Of a stretch of 64,000 nucleotides of DNA, positions 25,625 to 37,803 are shown piece after piece. The DNA lies in assembly GCF_011745625.1 (NCBI RefSeq), contig NW_027191461.1, positions 186,001 to 250,000 on the forward strand, in the 5' to 3' direction. This stretch comes from Cladosporium halotolerans. Lineage: Eukaryota. Every line of letters starts with the position of its first letter. Positions within the stretch are counted from its first letter, which is position 1. The notes under the pieces are model-generated. The model made no database searches. It saw nothing but the letters and a program-made list of their open reading frames with translations, and was not told where the DNA came from. Made by a program: the position numbers and the translations under genes.

Positions 25625-27017
25625 TCAACGAATTGGTGCATAGATCAGCGCGAGCTGATCAATCTCATCTCCTTCCTGCCCCATGAAACCCACAACAGCG
25701 AATCCAGCGTCGGCAGTATAAGTCGTGCAGTCGCTCGTGCGAGTACCAGCTTGCAAGGTCCGGCCCGAGCTAGTAGTAGCTTGAATGTAGAAGTTTCTTG
25801 TGTGGCTATTTTTCTGGCCGGTGCAAAGCACAGTCTTGGTCCAGTTCTCACCAGACGCCAGGGTCAATGAGGCTGCAGTACCGCCCGTACCGCCGTAAGT
25901 AAACTTCTCCCCGCTGGAAAGTTGGACGCTGACCGAGTCGAGTCTTTCGGCTCCTCGGAATGTGATAATGGATGCTTTGGGCGATGCAGGGAGGGAAGGC
26001 AGGCTGTTGAACCATGTGCCGTGCGGACCACCGGAGAAGGCACTCTGACGGTATGAGGGTGAGACGGACCAAGACATGGTGGTGAGGATTGGGTTGTGGT
26101 CGGACAGAACGGCTCCTTTGTGGTCTGGGTTGGTGTTGAGAAAGTTGTTGCCGTCGTACTTGAAATCCGAAGCGGCCAATGTAAGAATGCGCGAGCCACG
26201 GAAGAGGAGCTTGTCAACGATCTCGCAATCGTTGCTCTTCGCAGGGTTGTCGCATAGCAGCGCATCTGATCCGGCGGTCGGATAGACACCGTTGCGTTGC
26301 AGCTGTATCCATGGGTCGGTGAGGCCGTTCTGCGTCTGGAAGCCAGTACGGAGGACAGTGTCTGCAGAACGCGTGTAACGGCAATTTGTGTCACCCATGA
26401 CGATAACAGCATTGCCCTTAGACCATGCATCGATATAATCGGCGACTTGCTGCAAGTTGGAATTACGCGCAACGTGATCCTCGTCCTCGTCGCTGCTTGC
26501 AATCAGCATGTGGGTTCGGGTTGGTAATTCGCCTCAGTATCCTCACTCACCCTGCATCGGCGTGGAGATTATAGACATCGATGTAAACGCCTTCAGACGG
26601 GTTCCAGCGCATGAACGTGAATCCCTTCGGAGTCAGGCAGTCAGCGCCAGAAGCATTGGAACAAGTGTTCCACTTCACGCGAGTGTAATTGATCCAGTTC
26701 TTTGTGGAAATGGAGTTGAGACCGCTGCCGAATGGCACACCTCCGGAAGTTACAGAGCGGAACTGATGGTTGTCGGTCTCATAGATCGCTGCATGGTAGT
26801 TGAAGTCTTCCTGCATGTGGATGATGTCGTAGCCATACTTGGCAAAGTATTGGCCAATCTGTTTCGAGTTGTCTGTCTTATCACCAGGGACATCGTTGCT
26901 CTGCAGGATCTGCGGAAGGCCAGCGACATTGTATGACAGAGCCGTGAATTTACCATTCGTAGCTGCGCCATGAGCCAGTTCCGCCGCAAGAGCGACGAGG
27001 AAAATAGATGCCTTCAT
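25625..27017 (-). CDS. Secreted endonuclease/exonuclease/phosphatase (EEP) protein with C-terminal jacalin-like lectin domain
   Basis: Signal peptide; EEP motifs SYNVAG, MQEDF, NLHADAG, MGDTN, VDK, LSDH. Jacalin-like GGPHG, YGGTGG, GFMGQEGDEIDQL. One intron near 26496-26550. Confidence 0.88.
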
Positions 27018-29287
27018 CGTGGGAGGCGTTTATGGTGATGGCCGTCTGTCGCATTGCTGCGAAGGATTGCTGGACCTTTTATCGCCCATAATCGTTCGCT
27101 TACTCGACCAACAATGGCAGTCGGGAAGCTAGGCTGATGAGGAGTGCGAATGACTTCCTGGTTTCATCTAACGTGCAGGCTAAGCGCTGTAACATGATAG
27201 CTTGCGCGCCCAATGAAATAGCACTTGCTGAGCAACGTGATCGCAAACCCGCTTATCGGCCATGTCGCAGCTGTCGAGAATATATGGGAGCGTCCCAAAG
27301 ACGATATGCTCCGGTCGGGTAGGGTTACACGTGTTCCTTCTTCTCGTGATTTTGGAGTTGCTCGGAGAACCCTTGGAAACCGGGGCTGCGCTAGCACCAT
27401 GGTTTTCCTTAGAAGGCAGGCTAGTGAAAAGAAGATCGCCATCTTCGGTAAGCGAGGTCGGTGGGATGATGGAGTCTATACGCATCGCTAAGATAGTTTG
27501 CCGGCCCCACACGGATATGGCATGGGGCGAGAGTCTTTGCCTAAGTTCCCGGACTGTACTGTTGAACAGCTGGAGCGAGCTTGCGATGCGTTCAGCGTTG
27601 TAGAGGCCAAGAAATATTTCGCCACCCAGGTCAAGGACTGATAGCAACCGAACGAGTATTGCATGCACTCAAGGCTCTTCCCGTCACCGGACACTTGCTC
27701 GAGAAAGCATCAGCTTTAGATTGTTCTATTAGCGACCACCTTCCCGACGCATGCATGAGTGCCAAAGGGCAACGATGAAGTGAGAAAGCATTAATCAATA
27801 GGCAGCCAGGAGCATCGCAAGTAAAACTGTACTTCACTGAAGTGACCAAAACAGCCAGAATGTTGTCGCAAATGGACGTTTTCAGAAGGCAGACTGTCTG
27901 CCGACGGCAGCAATCGGACGAACAAAACTGTGCGACACCACTCTCAGATAGCTAGGTGGCGGCGCGTAGCCAGAGCACACTTCCACATCGAGGTTACGAG
28001 GGCACCTTCGTACCTCCCTTGTGCGTGGTTCTCACGAACAAGTCAGGAGCAAAGCGAAAGCTCGGAGGCCTCGAGCAGGGTTTCTGCCGGGGCGCTCGTG
28101 TCACACAACAATGCATGCGGAGTCAGACCTCAACAAACTTGCATTCGCGACACAGCAACACTTGAGCTCCACTGCAGAATCTGATGCATCCGTGACGCGC
28201 CGAAGATGATGTAAAAGAAAGGCGCTTGACGAGTCGAAGATACTGGATCGATGCCAATTCACGAGACCATCGAAGCCCTCGTCGGCCACCGTGGCGCGTC
28301 GAAAGTCTGGAGGAGCGCCCACAAGGGCATTTGCCTGAGGCGTCGCATGTCAAGAGTATTGAACATCGCCGCAGCGCACGAACCGGAACACGAGCACAAC
28401 ACAAGCGAAGGCAGCTGAGACGGCAAGGAGCTGTCCTAACGTGCGTTTGATGCATCGGTGATCCGATGCGAAAACGCTGGGATCAGCAGCTGGCGATGGA
28501 GGCGGCAAAAAGACGTTGGCACGGAGATTGTGGTTGTTAGCAGACTGGAATGCGTATATATCGCTGGATGCGCTGATGGATTAAGCAGGCTTTCGTGTCA
28601 TGACGGGATGGTGAAAGTTGGGCAAAAGCCATTGCCAAATTTACAACGAGCGATGGGCTTGATGGTGAGAGGTATCGATGACGCGGTCGCGTTTGCGCGC
28701 ATTGCGACAGTACACATGCGCACGAATCGCTTGATGGCAGAGGAGAACGCCATCACACGCTTGCACGGGCGCATCAAGATAGGAGACTCAACGACACGGT
28801 CGCATCGAAGGCAGTACCAAAGACATCAAGAATCATCGAGATACATCAACATTGACATACAGCGCATGCGACACGATTGAAGAACCGAGACGAGTAGTGG
28901 CACAAGCAATAGTATTTGTATTTGAACAACTGTCACAACACGTCAAGTCTAGTTACAATTTGGATTCATCTTGGCCGCCTCCGAAGAGAGCGTTACACCC
29001 TGACACCGCGCTGAGGTGTGAATCCATAGTCAGGGTGGGTTTTTTGCGAGGTTTGCCCGTGCCTCGAGAAGTGATGGTGATGATGATGATTTTTTTGGTG
29101 CCTGGGAGCTGAAGATGCTCACCAGGCGGTTTTTGAGTATTTTGCTGTGAAGCGAAGGTGTACTCAGTCTGCAGTGCCAGTGCAGAAGTGAAGGTGAATG
29201 TCGGTGGTGTGCCGAGATTTTTTTTGGGTTTTGGTTGCTGAGAGTCTTGATGCTCGACCAGCGGGTTTCTTGCTTTGAGTTTGGTGC

Positions 29288-30366
29288 TCAGAAGCGAAGG
29301 TGTTTGAGATTCGTGAAGAAGACATTGCTTTTCGTGAAAGTCGGTGCCTGGTTTTGAAGTCCAGGGCTTGAGCTCTTGAGTGAAGAGAGTGCTGATGGTA
29401 GTGCATCAAGCGGGTGTGAATTGTCGAGAGAAGAGATCGTCGACAAGGTGGATTGGAGTAAAGACAGGCTGATCGGCAAAGCGTTGTCTTCCTCGATTCG
29501 CCAGACCCTCCGCAACACAAGAACCTTCCCCCTCCCCCAAGGGTTCAGGCGTGTGCATCCGGGTTGTTGAATCTTCAGCCGTTGCTTTGTCGTCAAAGGC
29601 TTGTTGCGAACTGCGCACACGTCCATCGGGTCATCACTCCCAATGCGGCAGGTCCAGTTGCGGAAGAGAAGTGGTGATCCCTCTAGTAATCAGAAGGGAA
29701 GAACCGACGACCACCGAGTTGGCGGTCGATCTCTCTGAAGGACTCGTCGATGCGGTCCAGCGCGTCCACTCCTTCGGCATGCTATGTCTCTTGGAAGGAG
29801 CGCCAGACCGCTTGCTCGCGCAAGTCGGCTTCTTGTTGGCGGTACTTGCTTGAAGTGCACCGCCGGGTTGCGCGCATGGCGCGGTTGTATTTGCGACAGA
29901 TGGAGTTTCTGACGCTGCGGCTGTAAATGTGTTGTCAGCATCTTTGGTCGCAGCGCCAGTGTTCATGTGCACCAGTGAGAAAAGAAATGGAATCCCGATG
30001 GCCGCTATTTCGTTAAAGTCCAAATCCCGCTGGCGCCAGAAAGTCGTGGTACAACTTTGAAGTTCCAGGGTCCAGAATTTGAGCGGGACTTTGCCGCAAG
30101 CCCAGCCAAGTCAGAAAGTCTCACGGTCGCAATCTGCGCTGTCGCGCTGCAAGTGCTTGCAGCACCTCCAGAATTGCGCATTGATGAGCAATCCAGCGCC
30201 AGAAAGTCCAGATTTGATGAGAATTTGATGGATTCCGTTAAATCTTGATGGAATTTGATGAAATTTTTCTTTTGGTTTTTTTTTTCCCAGTGGCAGATTG
30301 ATGAAAGTAAAGAAATATATGAGATGGTACTTACAGGAACTGTCTAACTGCGAGAGCGGAAGACAT
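29288..30366 (-). pseudogene. Spliced ORF interrupted by in-frame TAG codons (pseudogene or short peptide gene)
   Basis: ATG 30366 in a CAACATG context; exon 1 30366-30335; donor GTAAGT; branch GCTGAC; acceptor CAG 29923-29921. The frame continues through TAG 29784-29782 and TAG 29685-29683. Confidence 0.4.
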
Positions 30367-30424
30367 GTTGGTGGTGGTGGTGATGTTGTTGTTGTTGTTG
30401 GTGTTGTTGTTGTGATGGTGTTGA
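30367..30424. repeat. Imperfect (GTT/GGT)n trinucleotide tract
   Basis: gttggtggtggtggtgatgttgttgttgttgttggtgttgttgttgtgatggtgttg; CAA/CAC-rich on the minus strand immediately before the ATG at 30366. Confidence 0.8.
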
Positions 30425-31805
30425 TGGAAACTTGATGTTTGCTTGTGCTGCTGTCACTTGCGCTGTTTCCAGAGATGTTTTGTATGGAAAGAAGAGAAAG
30501 AGGAAAGGGAGGAAGAGCAGGGGGAAGGGGGAATTTATAGGACTCGGGGCGTTGAGATTTGATGCGAGAATCGATGGTCTGTTGAGATTGATTGCGCACT
30601 TCGTAATGCGCGATTTACTACCTTCGCCGGTAGAAACACATTCAGTAATGCTTGCAAAGAAAATACGTGAGAGCGTTCTGAGCGCGATTGATGACGAAGT
30701 GCGATGTGGTGCTATCGAACGCTATAAGGTAAGCGGAATAATATGATATGTGTAAGCGGCTCGCTCAACGAGGGCGCGCCGCGTTCGGGCAGCAGTAAAG
30801 AGGACACGTATACACGGGTGCGTCGGGGTCGCGCAGCCGCTATACATGCGCATAGCACTCTGAAACACGTTTGCACAGTGTTGATGGCAGTGGATGAGAT
30901 GGCGACCAGGGCGCGGTTTGAGTTGGTCTATCGGTGGTCGGCGACCATGTAATCATCACTTCCGATAGCAGCACAGCTCTTGTACTCTCGCTTGGTCGCT
31001 TTCAATGTCATGAAATCTTACCTATTTCCAGCGTAAGTGATTGTGTCCTAGGAGGGTGCAGTTCTCAAACCGTTCATCTGGTGTTGTGGTAGGGTCCGCG
31101 CCACCCTTGTTTGGCGTGAAGGCATGTGTCAGTGAGATGCCCAATCAAATCCCCTCTCCAGGAAGTTGCAAGCCTCTGTGCAGCTACCTTTGCCATCAAC
31201 ACATTGCATGTAACGCTGTTCCATCGAGACGTGAGGTCAAGAAAGAAGCTGCAAGGGCAGTAGCCTGCAGGACGGGGCGCGCCGGCCGTTTTCGGTCCGC
31301 ATCTTAGCGTTCCGAGGGCTTCCGGTCTACAGCTTAGGGTTACTAGGGTTAGCCACTACGCCTTTCAAAACACCTATCTCAACACAGACTCGGGACGGCA
31401 AGCTGAAACTGCGCTCAGAGTACTCAAATTGTATCGACATATATTCACGTCCATCTTCATGTCCAATTCCATACCTGGCGGATATTGTTGTGCAAATCGG
31501 TCAATTGCGAAAAGGCTTGCGTGCAGAACACATCTATTGTGTCGACGAAATCGTCGACGCCGACCTTGCACGCCACCACCTCGCCCGATACGCGGTCAAA
31601 AGTCAGGTGTTTGCTAGCGCATCGTTTGCTCGTAACTGATGCATGTCTCACTTCGAAAAAAAGAACGCACCAGAATACTGCCATTTACCGCTTGATAAGA
31701 CCTCCATCTGCCGGAAGCACTCGCGCAATGAGGAGACACGGCATCGACCGACATATCCTCGATGCTCATCAATCGTCTTTATCCCTCAATAACGCCACAC
31801 TCGCT

Positions 31806-33032
31806 CTATACCCACTTTGCAGGCCAAATCCCCTTGACCTCTTCCATCAACCATTTCGCAAGGACAGCGTTCACCTCCTCCGGCTTCTCTTCGGCCACCC
31901 AGTGCGACGCATCCACTCTGGCCTCCTTGAGATTTTTGCACTGTTGGCGCATTCTGGCCATCAGCTTAGGGTTGTCTGTGGCACACACGGTGTCGTAAGT
32001 AGCATGGACCTGTTCAGCGTCAGTAATGGCAAGGTCAAAAGCTGTGCAACGCGCGCTGGAGGTACGCACGAAAAGCACAGGAAACTCCAAATCGCCGCCG
32101 TTCTTCCTCTTCTCAAGTGTGTACGCGCGGTTGCGCTCGTGGTTCATGTACCAAGCGTCGGCGGGCCAGAATCCAGTCTTCTCCATGGCGGCGACGAACT
32201 CGTTGTAAGCGTCCTCAGACTCGTAAACGGTATACTCTAGAGGAATGTGCCTGAACTTGGGATCCGGCTTCTCCGCGCCCCCCATCCAGCCGCCGTCCTT
32301 CACAATATGCGCCAAAGGAGCTGGCTTCCCGACCGCGTTTGGGTTACCCTTGGTGCGAGAAGCCCGCAGGAAAGCAGGGATGTCAGCATCGAAGAAAGCC
32401 GAAGCCTTCTCGAAATCGCTTTCGTAGAACTTCTGGTATGCCCATTGACCGTATGGGTATTCCGCCTCAGGGTAGATGTCACGATCGACGGTCTTGAGGA
32501 GTTCGTCCAGCCCGAACTCGATGGCGCCGTAGGGAACGCACAAACCTGCAGCAGCAATGCAGTGCTCAGGGAAATGTGCGGCGAACGTCCACACGGAGCC
32601 GCAGCCCCAGTCATGACCTGTGAACCTGTTCAGCGCTGCGGTCTAATACCCTCACTTGTCTACCGCAGCGACCTACCGATCCAAATAGCCTTGTCGCGGC
32701 CGGTGTGCTTCAGCAGTTCGAGCATGCCCTTGTTCACGTTCTCCTGTGCATAGTCCTCGGTGACCTTTCTTGCTGTGGACCGACCATAGCCTGAGTGAAC
32801 GTCAGCTTTCGCTCTGCTGTTTCCGGAAATGGCATCTCTCACCCGGCATGTCAGGAGCAACGACTCGGAAGCCGAGCGAGGCAAACGCGTCTAGCTGGGG
32901 CTTCCAGAGCTTTCCTATGGCGGGCCAGCCATGGATGAACATAAGAAGTGGTCCATCGGTAGGACCAGCGGCGAGGTAGAATATCTTCTTGTCGTCCGCG
33001 TATGTGACTTCGTGTTCCTCGAAGGGTGCCAT
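31806..33032 (-). CDS. Alpha/beta hydrolase, epoxide hydrolase-like
   Basis: FIHGWP oxyanion motif, APDMPGYGRS, spliced nucleophile motif IGHDWG, ATYD, DASHWVAEEKPEEVN. Three introns. Confidence 0.9.
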
Positions 33033-34013
33033 TGTGAATGATTTCGGGGTTACGCGGTTTCGGTCTCAGATGTTCAATGTAAGATACGTTTGGAGGCGAT
33101 GGAGAATAACTCAGGATATTTGGCATGTCTTCGAGCTACGTCTGCATACGGCCGTACTTGCCCAATCCGGTGATCCCCGCTCGCCATGTGTTATCATTGA
33201 ATTCTGGGAAGTGAGATTCCGAAGTCCGTCCTGATTAACCTCCAAATAGTTGTGAGTGACGAAGCAGTGACTGCCGACCGCATTCGCGTAATTGTCACCC
33301 AGGATCGCAGCTGTGAATACTTCTGTAATCTTCCCCTCTCCCCAAGCCGAGGCGTTTACCCGTGTTGTAGCACACTTGTGCTCTTGTGCTCCGATTTTGT
33401 ACCGAGGCCCGTTGCGGCGGGTGGGTCACAGCTTCCGCCCAATGCTTTGTGAACCGGTGGACCTGTCCTTGTTCGTCCGAGGATTCTCCATCGTGATACA
33501 CTTGTGTTCTCCAACAAGTCATCCTCTCATCTCTTGCCCGGTTTCCGACCGCGATCCATCTCGTTTGCTGATATACAAGGTTTCAGTTGCCTTAGAGATG
33601 ACACGGCCGGGGCCTGCTGGAGACCGCGATTGCGCGCGTCGTGACACGGCAAGCAATCAAGGGAGTCTGCATAGAGCGTTTGCGTCCGACGACTTGCCTG
33701 TTCTGTGTGTTGTTTTAGTGGTGCTCAATGGCTGCGAGGACTTGAGACAACGACTTTTCGACTTCGAACTGGAGGTCGCTCTTTCCAGTTGCTGAAATTG
33801 CGTGCATGCCGTGACGACGCGCCTTCTTACCCATACATGTATTCCAGGAATCCTCACACGAACCTGCACCTGCAAACACCCAAAGATCCACTTGACCTGC
33901 ACGCTGCTTGCTCCTCAGTTGATTGTCATTGTGGACCTCGTGTGATCTGACTGACGTCCAATAGCTCCAACACGCGACCCATCAAGCGTTGGCCTCACCG
34001 ACGATCTTCCACG

Positions 34014-35556
34014 ATGTTGCTACTGCTACTCCATCTCTTGGTCGCTCATGTGTTGGCCATTCCCACGATCTCAACCAAGGGCTCCAAGTTCTTCACCAGC
34101 GATGGCAACCAGTTCTTCTTGAAAGGTCCGGTATCTCACACGACCGCTACGTTGACAACCCTTCGCTGACAACAGGCAACAGGCGTTGCGTATCAGCTCC
34201 TCCCAGAAGATCCGCTCATCAACAATAACCAATGCACGCTCGACGCTGACCTCATGAAGCACCTCGGTGCTAACTCCATTCGCGTTTACCATGTTGATCC
34301 TCAAGCCAAGCACGATGACTGCATGAAGACCTTCGCAGATGCGGGTATCTACATCTGGCTCGACCTTGACACTTTCGACACGTACATCCAGGGCCCTGGC
34401 ATGGAAAAGCCTCAGTGGAATGAATCACAGTACAAAGCATACCAGCGTGTCATGGATGTTTTCCACAATTACGACAATCTAGGAGGATTCTTCGTTGGCA
34501 ACGAAGTCTTGACCTCGCCGGAGACTGATGTCGCTGCTCCTTACGTCAAGGCTGCCGCGAGCGACATGAAGGCATACCGTGATCGTTGGTCTCGCTTCAC
34601 AGAATCTGCAACTTGGAAACGTACCTTTACTGACGTTGTGCAGACAAGGGCTACAGAAAAATTCCGATCGGATACACAGCAGCAGACGTCGCAGGCCTAC
34701 GACCCATGCTGCAGAATTACCTTGCTTGCGGACACGATCCCGCAGCAGCCGTCAACTTTTACGGTCTCAACGCCTACGAATGGCGGGTCAAGTCCTCCCT
34801 GCTAGTGCCATTGGCCTTCTCTAACATGCTCACAGGTGCGGCGACTCTACTTACGATACGTCAGGCTATGTCTTTCTCCAGAAGAACGCTTCCGAATACA
34901 ACGTTCCCATCTTCTTCTCCGAAACCGGCTGCAATGTACCCACGCCACGCAATTTCGACGACCAAGCCGCCATTTTCGGCGACAAGATGGTGGACACGTG
35001 GTCGGGCGCAATCGTTTACGAGTGGATCCAAGAAACAAATAACTACGGCATTGTGTCCTATGGACCTAGCACTATGACGACGGCTGCAGGCGGAGGCGTG
35101 GAAGAGGGTTTCGGAAGGACGGGCACGCCAATGCCAGTCAGCCCCGACTTTGACAACCTGAGCAAGCATTGGGCCACATTGTCGCCGTCGGGCGTGCGCA
35201 AGGACGACTACAAGCCTTCTCTGAGCGCACCGCCCTGCCCAGCTTTCACCACTGGTGCTTGGGAGGTAGAGGCCGACGCTCCGCTGCTGACTCTTGCGCA
35301 TGGAAGTGGAGGTACGTCTAGCACGTCCAGCAAGACCGCTCATCCGACTGCTTCCGCTTCTGCTACTGGCAAGGCTGCGGCGGACGAGCAAGGATCGGAC
35401 GAGGGCGACTCGGACAAGGCTCAGGACGAGCCGGCTGCTACGTCAAGCAGCGTCGCGCAGAATGTGCCCGCTCCGTCGGGCTTCGGTCTCCGCTCTGGGC
35501 TCTGGCTAGGAGCTTACGTTGCGCTGTGCGGCATTGCCGGCTTTGCGATCCTTTGA
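34014..35556 (+). CDS. GH72 beta-1,3-glucanosyltransferase (Gel/Gas family), GPI-anchored
   Basis: Signal peptide, KGSKFF...QFFLKGVAYQ, NSIRVYHVD, FFVGNEV, NAYEWCG, PIFFSETGCN, WSGAIVYEWIQETNNYG, Ser/Thr-rich tail and hydrophobic GPI signal. Three introns, one GC-AG. Confidence 0.95.
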
Positions 35557-35962
35557 TAATGTGCGATTGGCAGGCGTCCGGGGAGCACTCTCTTGCGGGG
35601 CGCTGCTTTCCGATGAAAATGGATTTCATTTCCGAGTCAAGTGATGGGCTTCATTGCGGCGTACTTGCCCATGCAGATGTAACATATTTTCGGCGTTCCA
35701 GACAGCAGAATGCAATGACATGCTGTAATTCACCCGCGCATGGTCGATGACTTTGACGCGTTACCCTATGCTTGTAGAATGACATTCTCAACCACCATCT
35801 CCTGATAGGCGCATTCGCAAGTACCATCGCGACGTGGCATCGCACCCCCATCCCGTCAAACCTGAAGCCCTCAAAAAACGCCCGAACACCTGCGCTCAAG
35901 ATCAAAAAGCTTCGCAAGTCGTCAAGTGACACACCAGCGTCTCGCAATCAGACCCATATCAA

Positions 35963-36455
35963 TCAGACTATCCACCATCAAATTAGTCAGTGTTCCTTCT
36001 GCTCAACCAAACCAGCGTGAAATCCACGAACCATTGAGATAGTCCGCCGCCATGAGCAGCTCCAGGCACAGCTCGGCCGGCACATCCATGTCCGGCACGT
36101 CCTTGGAGTTCTTGTGCTTCTCGTTGTAGTAGAAGTACTCGCAGACTTTCTCGAGCACCAGGCCGCTGCGGTTGCGGAAGTCAGTCTTCAGACATTGCGT
36201 GCGATGTGGCGTCCGTCGTGCTTACTTGATGTTCTCGAAGCGGCAGGTGTTGGTTTTGGATTCCGCGAAGCCGACTGTGGAAAGAGTGTTCGTTAGCATA
36301 TTTGTAGGAGTCGGGTCTTGAGGAAGAGGTGGGAGCGTACGCGACGGGTCGAGCATGCGGCGGATGGCGGCGCTGATGCAGGCCGATGAGCGCTGGACGA
36401 CGAAGGAGTAGCCGTCGGAGGAGATGAGGGTTACGTAGTCGCTTTCGGCGGACAT
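35963..36455 (-). CDS. ELC1: Elongin C (Skp1/BTB fold)
   Basis: YVTLISSDGYSFVV, GFAESKTN, LVLEKVCEYFYYN, LELLMAADYL. Three introns; the last coding exon is only TC+TGA (35967-35963). Confidence 0.93.
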
Positions 36456-37315
36456 GGTTGGTGATGTTGTAGATTTGACTTTTGGATCGGGAATCGGGAT
36501 GTCTAGAGGCTTGGGGTTGTGACTTGATGTGGCGTTGGATGTTTTGTGCCGCTGGCTGAAGTTGCTTGCGCTGGGTTTCTTAGGGTTCGGGTTGGGGTTC
36601 GCTGGCCGCCAGCTTTCGGTCGACCTATGTTTTCCTACGCGGGTATGGTCCGATTGAATTGAATCACATGATAAGTTGCCAGCAGTGGAATAATACTAGT
36701 CCATTCTGGCTGCTATATTGCGATTTTGGTCGTGTTGTCGTGCGGTGAGACAAAGTTGGTGAGCTTTCTCAACTTGCTGTTGCAACAGGACATGGCAGCA
36801 CATATTTAGGTAACCACTTTCTACCGTAAATACACAGACACCACGGATCGTCGAATCTGCCCGGACTGATGTATTCTCTAATCTTCAACTGTCAATCTAA
36901 CATGCATCTACATCAGGTTTTCCACATGAACCGCAAAGGCAAGGCGTGAAAGCTCGCAGATGACTATACCACGCTTCATGGAACTGCACGCACATGCCAA
37001 CCAAGATCGTGCGGCATTGCGTTGCATTGTTCCCCACCACAACCAGACACACCTCGGGTCGCTAGTACCAATTCATTGCCGACGCAGTACAGTGTCCAAC
37101 CAGAGGCCACAGAAGCAAGCCTCACGACCCGAGCATCCCAATACACCAACGGAAATCAAAACGTCCCAAGTATTCAACAGATCTTACATTTTGTCCGAAA
37201 TATCTCACGTACAGTGGCCCTTCTCCCCTCCACATCTCATGCGCCCCGTCCAGAGGCTCTTTTCCAAAGACTCCCAGCACCGCCCATCTCTCACTCTTAC
37301 TCTCGCTCAAAACCC

Positions 37316-37803
37316 TCAAGGCTTCTTCTTCTCCTCCTGCGCCGCCTGCGCCGTGTCCCGCTGCATCTCGCCGATCGACTTGTTCGCGTCCTTCTGGTCG
37401 CCGCGGTCCGCCTTGACCTGTTCTCGCCGTGTCAGCACTCATATCCCTTCACCGAAACTCCAACCCCCACTCCCCCCCAAACAACAAGGACACATCAGAA
37501 ACCTACCGCGCTCTCACTATCACTCGCCAGCCCCTCGTGCCACTTGCCCTGGCCCTGCTTCTGCTCGCGCAGCTGCTGCTGCTTCAGCGCCTCGGCCTCG
37601 TCCGGGCGGCCCTCGTTGTCTGCGGGGGTTTGTCAGTCAGCTGGGGAGGAAGGAGGGCGCGGGGCGCGGGGCGGGGCGGGGCGGGGGGGCCTACGGAGGG
37701 TGCTCTCTTTGCCGGCGGCGCGGGCGGCGGAGGTCGCGAAGGAGCGCGGGGCGAGCGGGCGGGCTGCGAGGGGGGCGCGGAGGGCGGAGGGGGGGAGGCG
37801 CAT
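37316..37803 (-). CDS. Small mitochondrion-targeted hypothetical protein (~105 aa)
   Basis: Three exons with canonical splice signals give MRLPPSALRAPLAARPLAPRSFATSAARAAGKESTLHNEGRPDEAEALKQQQLREQKQGQGKWHEGLASDSESAVKADRGDQ...EKKKP*. Presequence-like N-terminus. Confidence 0.8.

Noticed and set aside
30640..30960. Box C-like motifs (TTGATGA near 30688 on +; GTGATGA near 30959 on -)
   Set aside because: No suitably spaced box D with a supporting stem or a recognisable guide.
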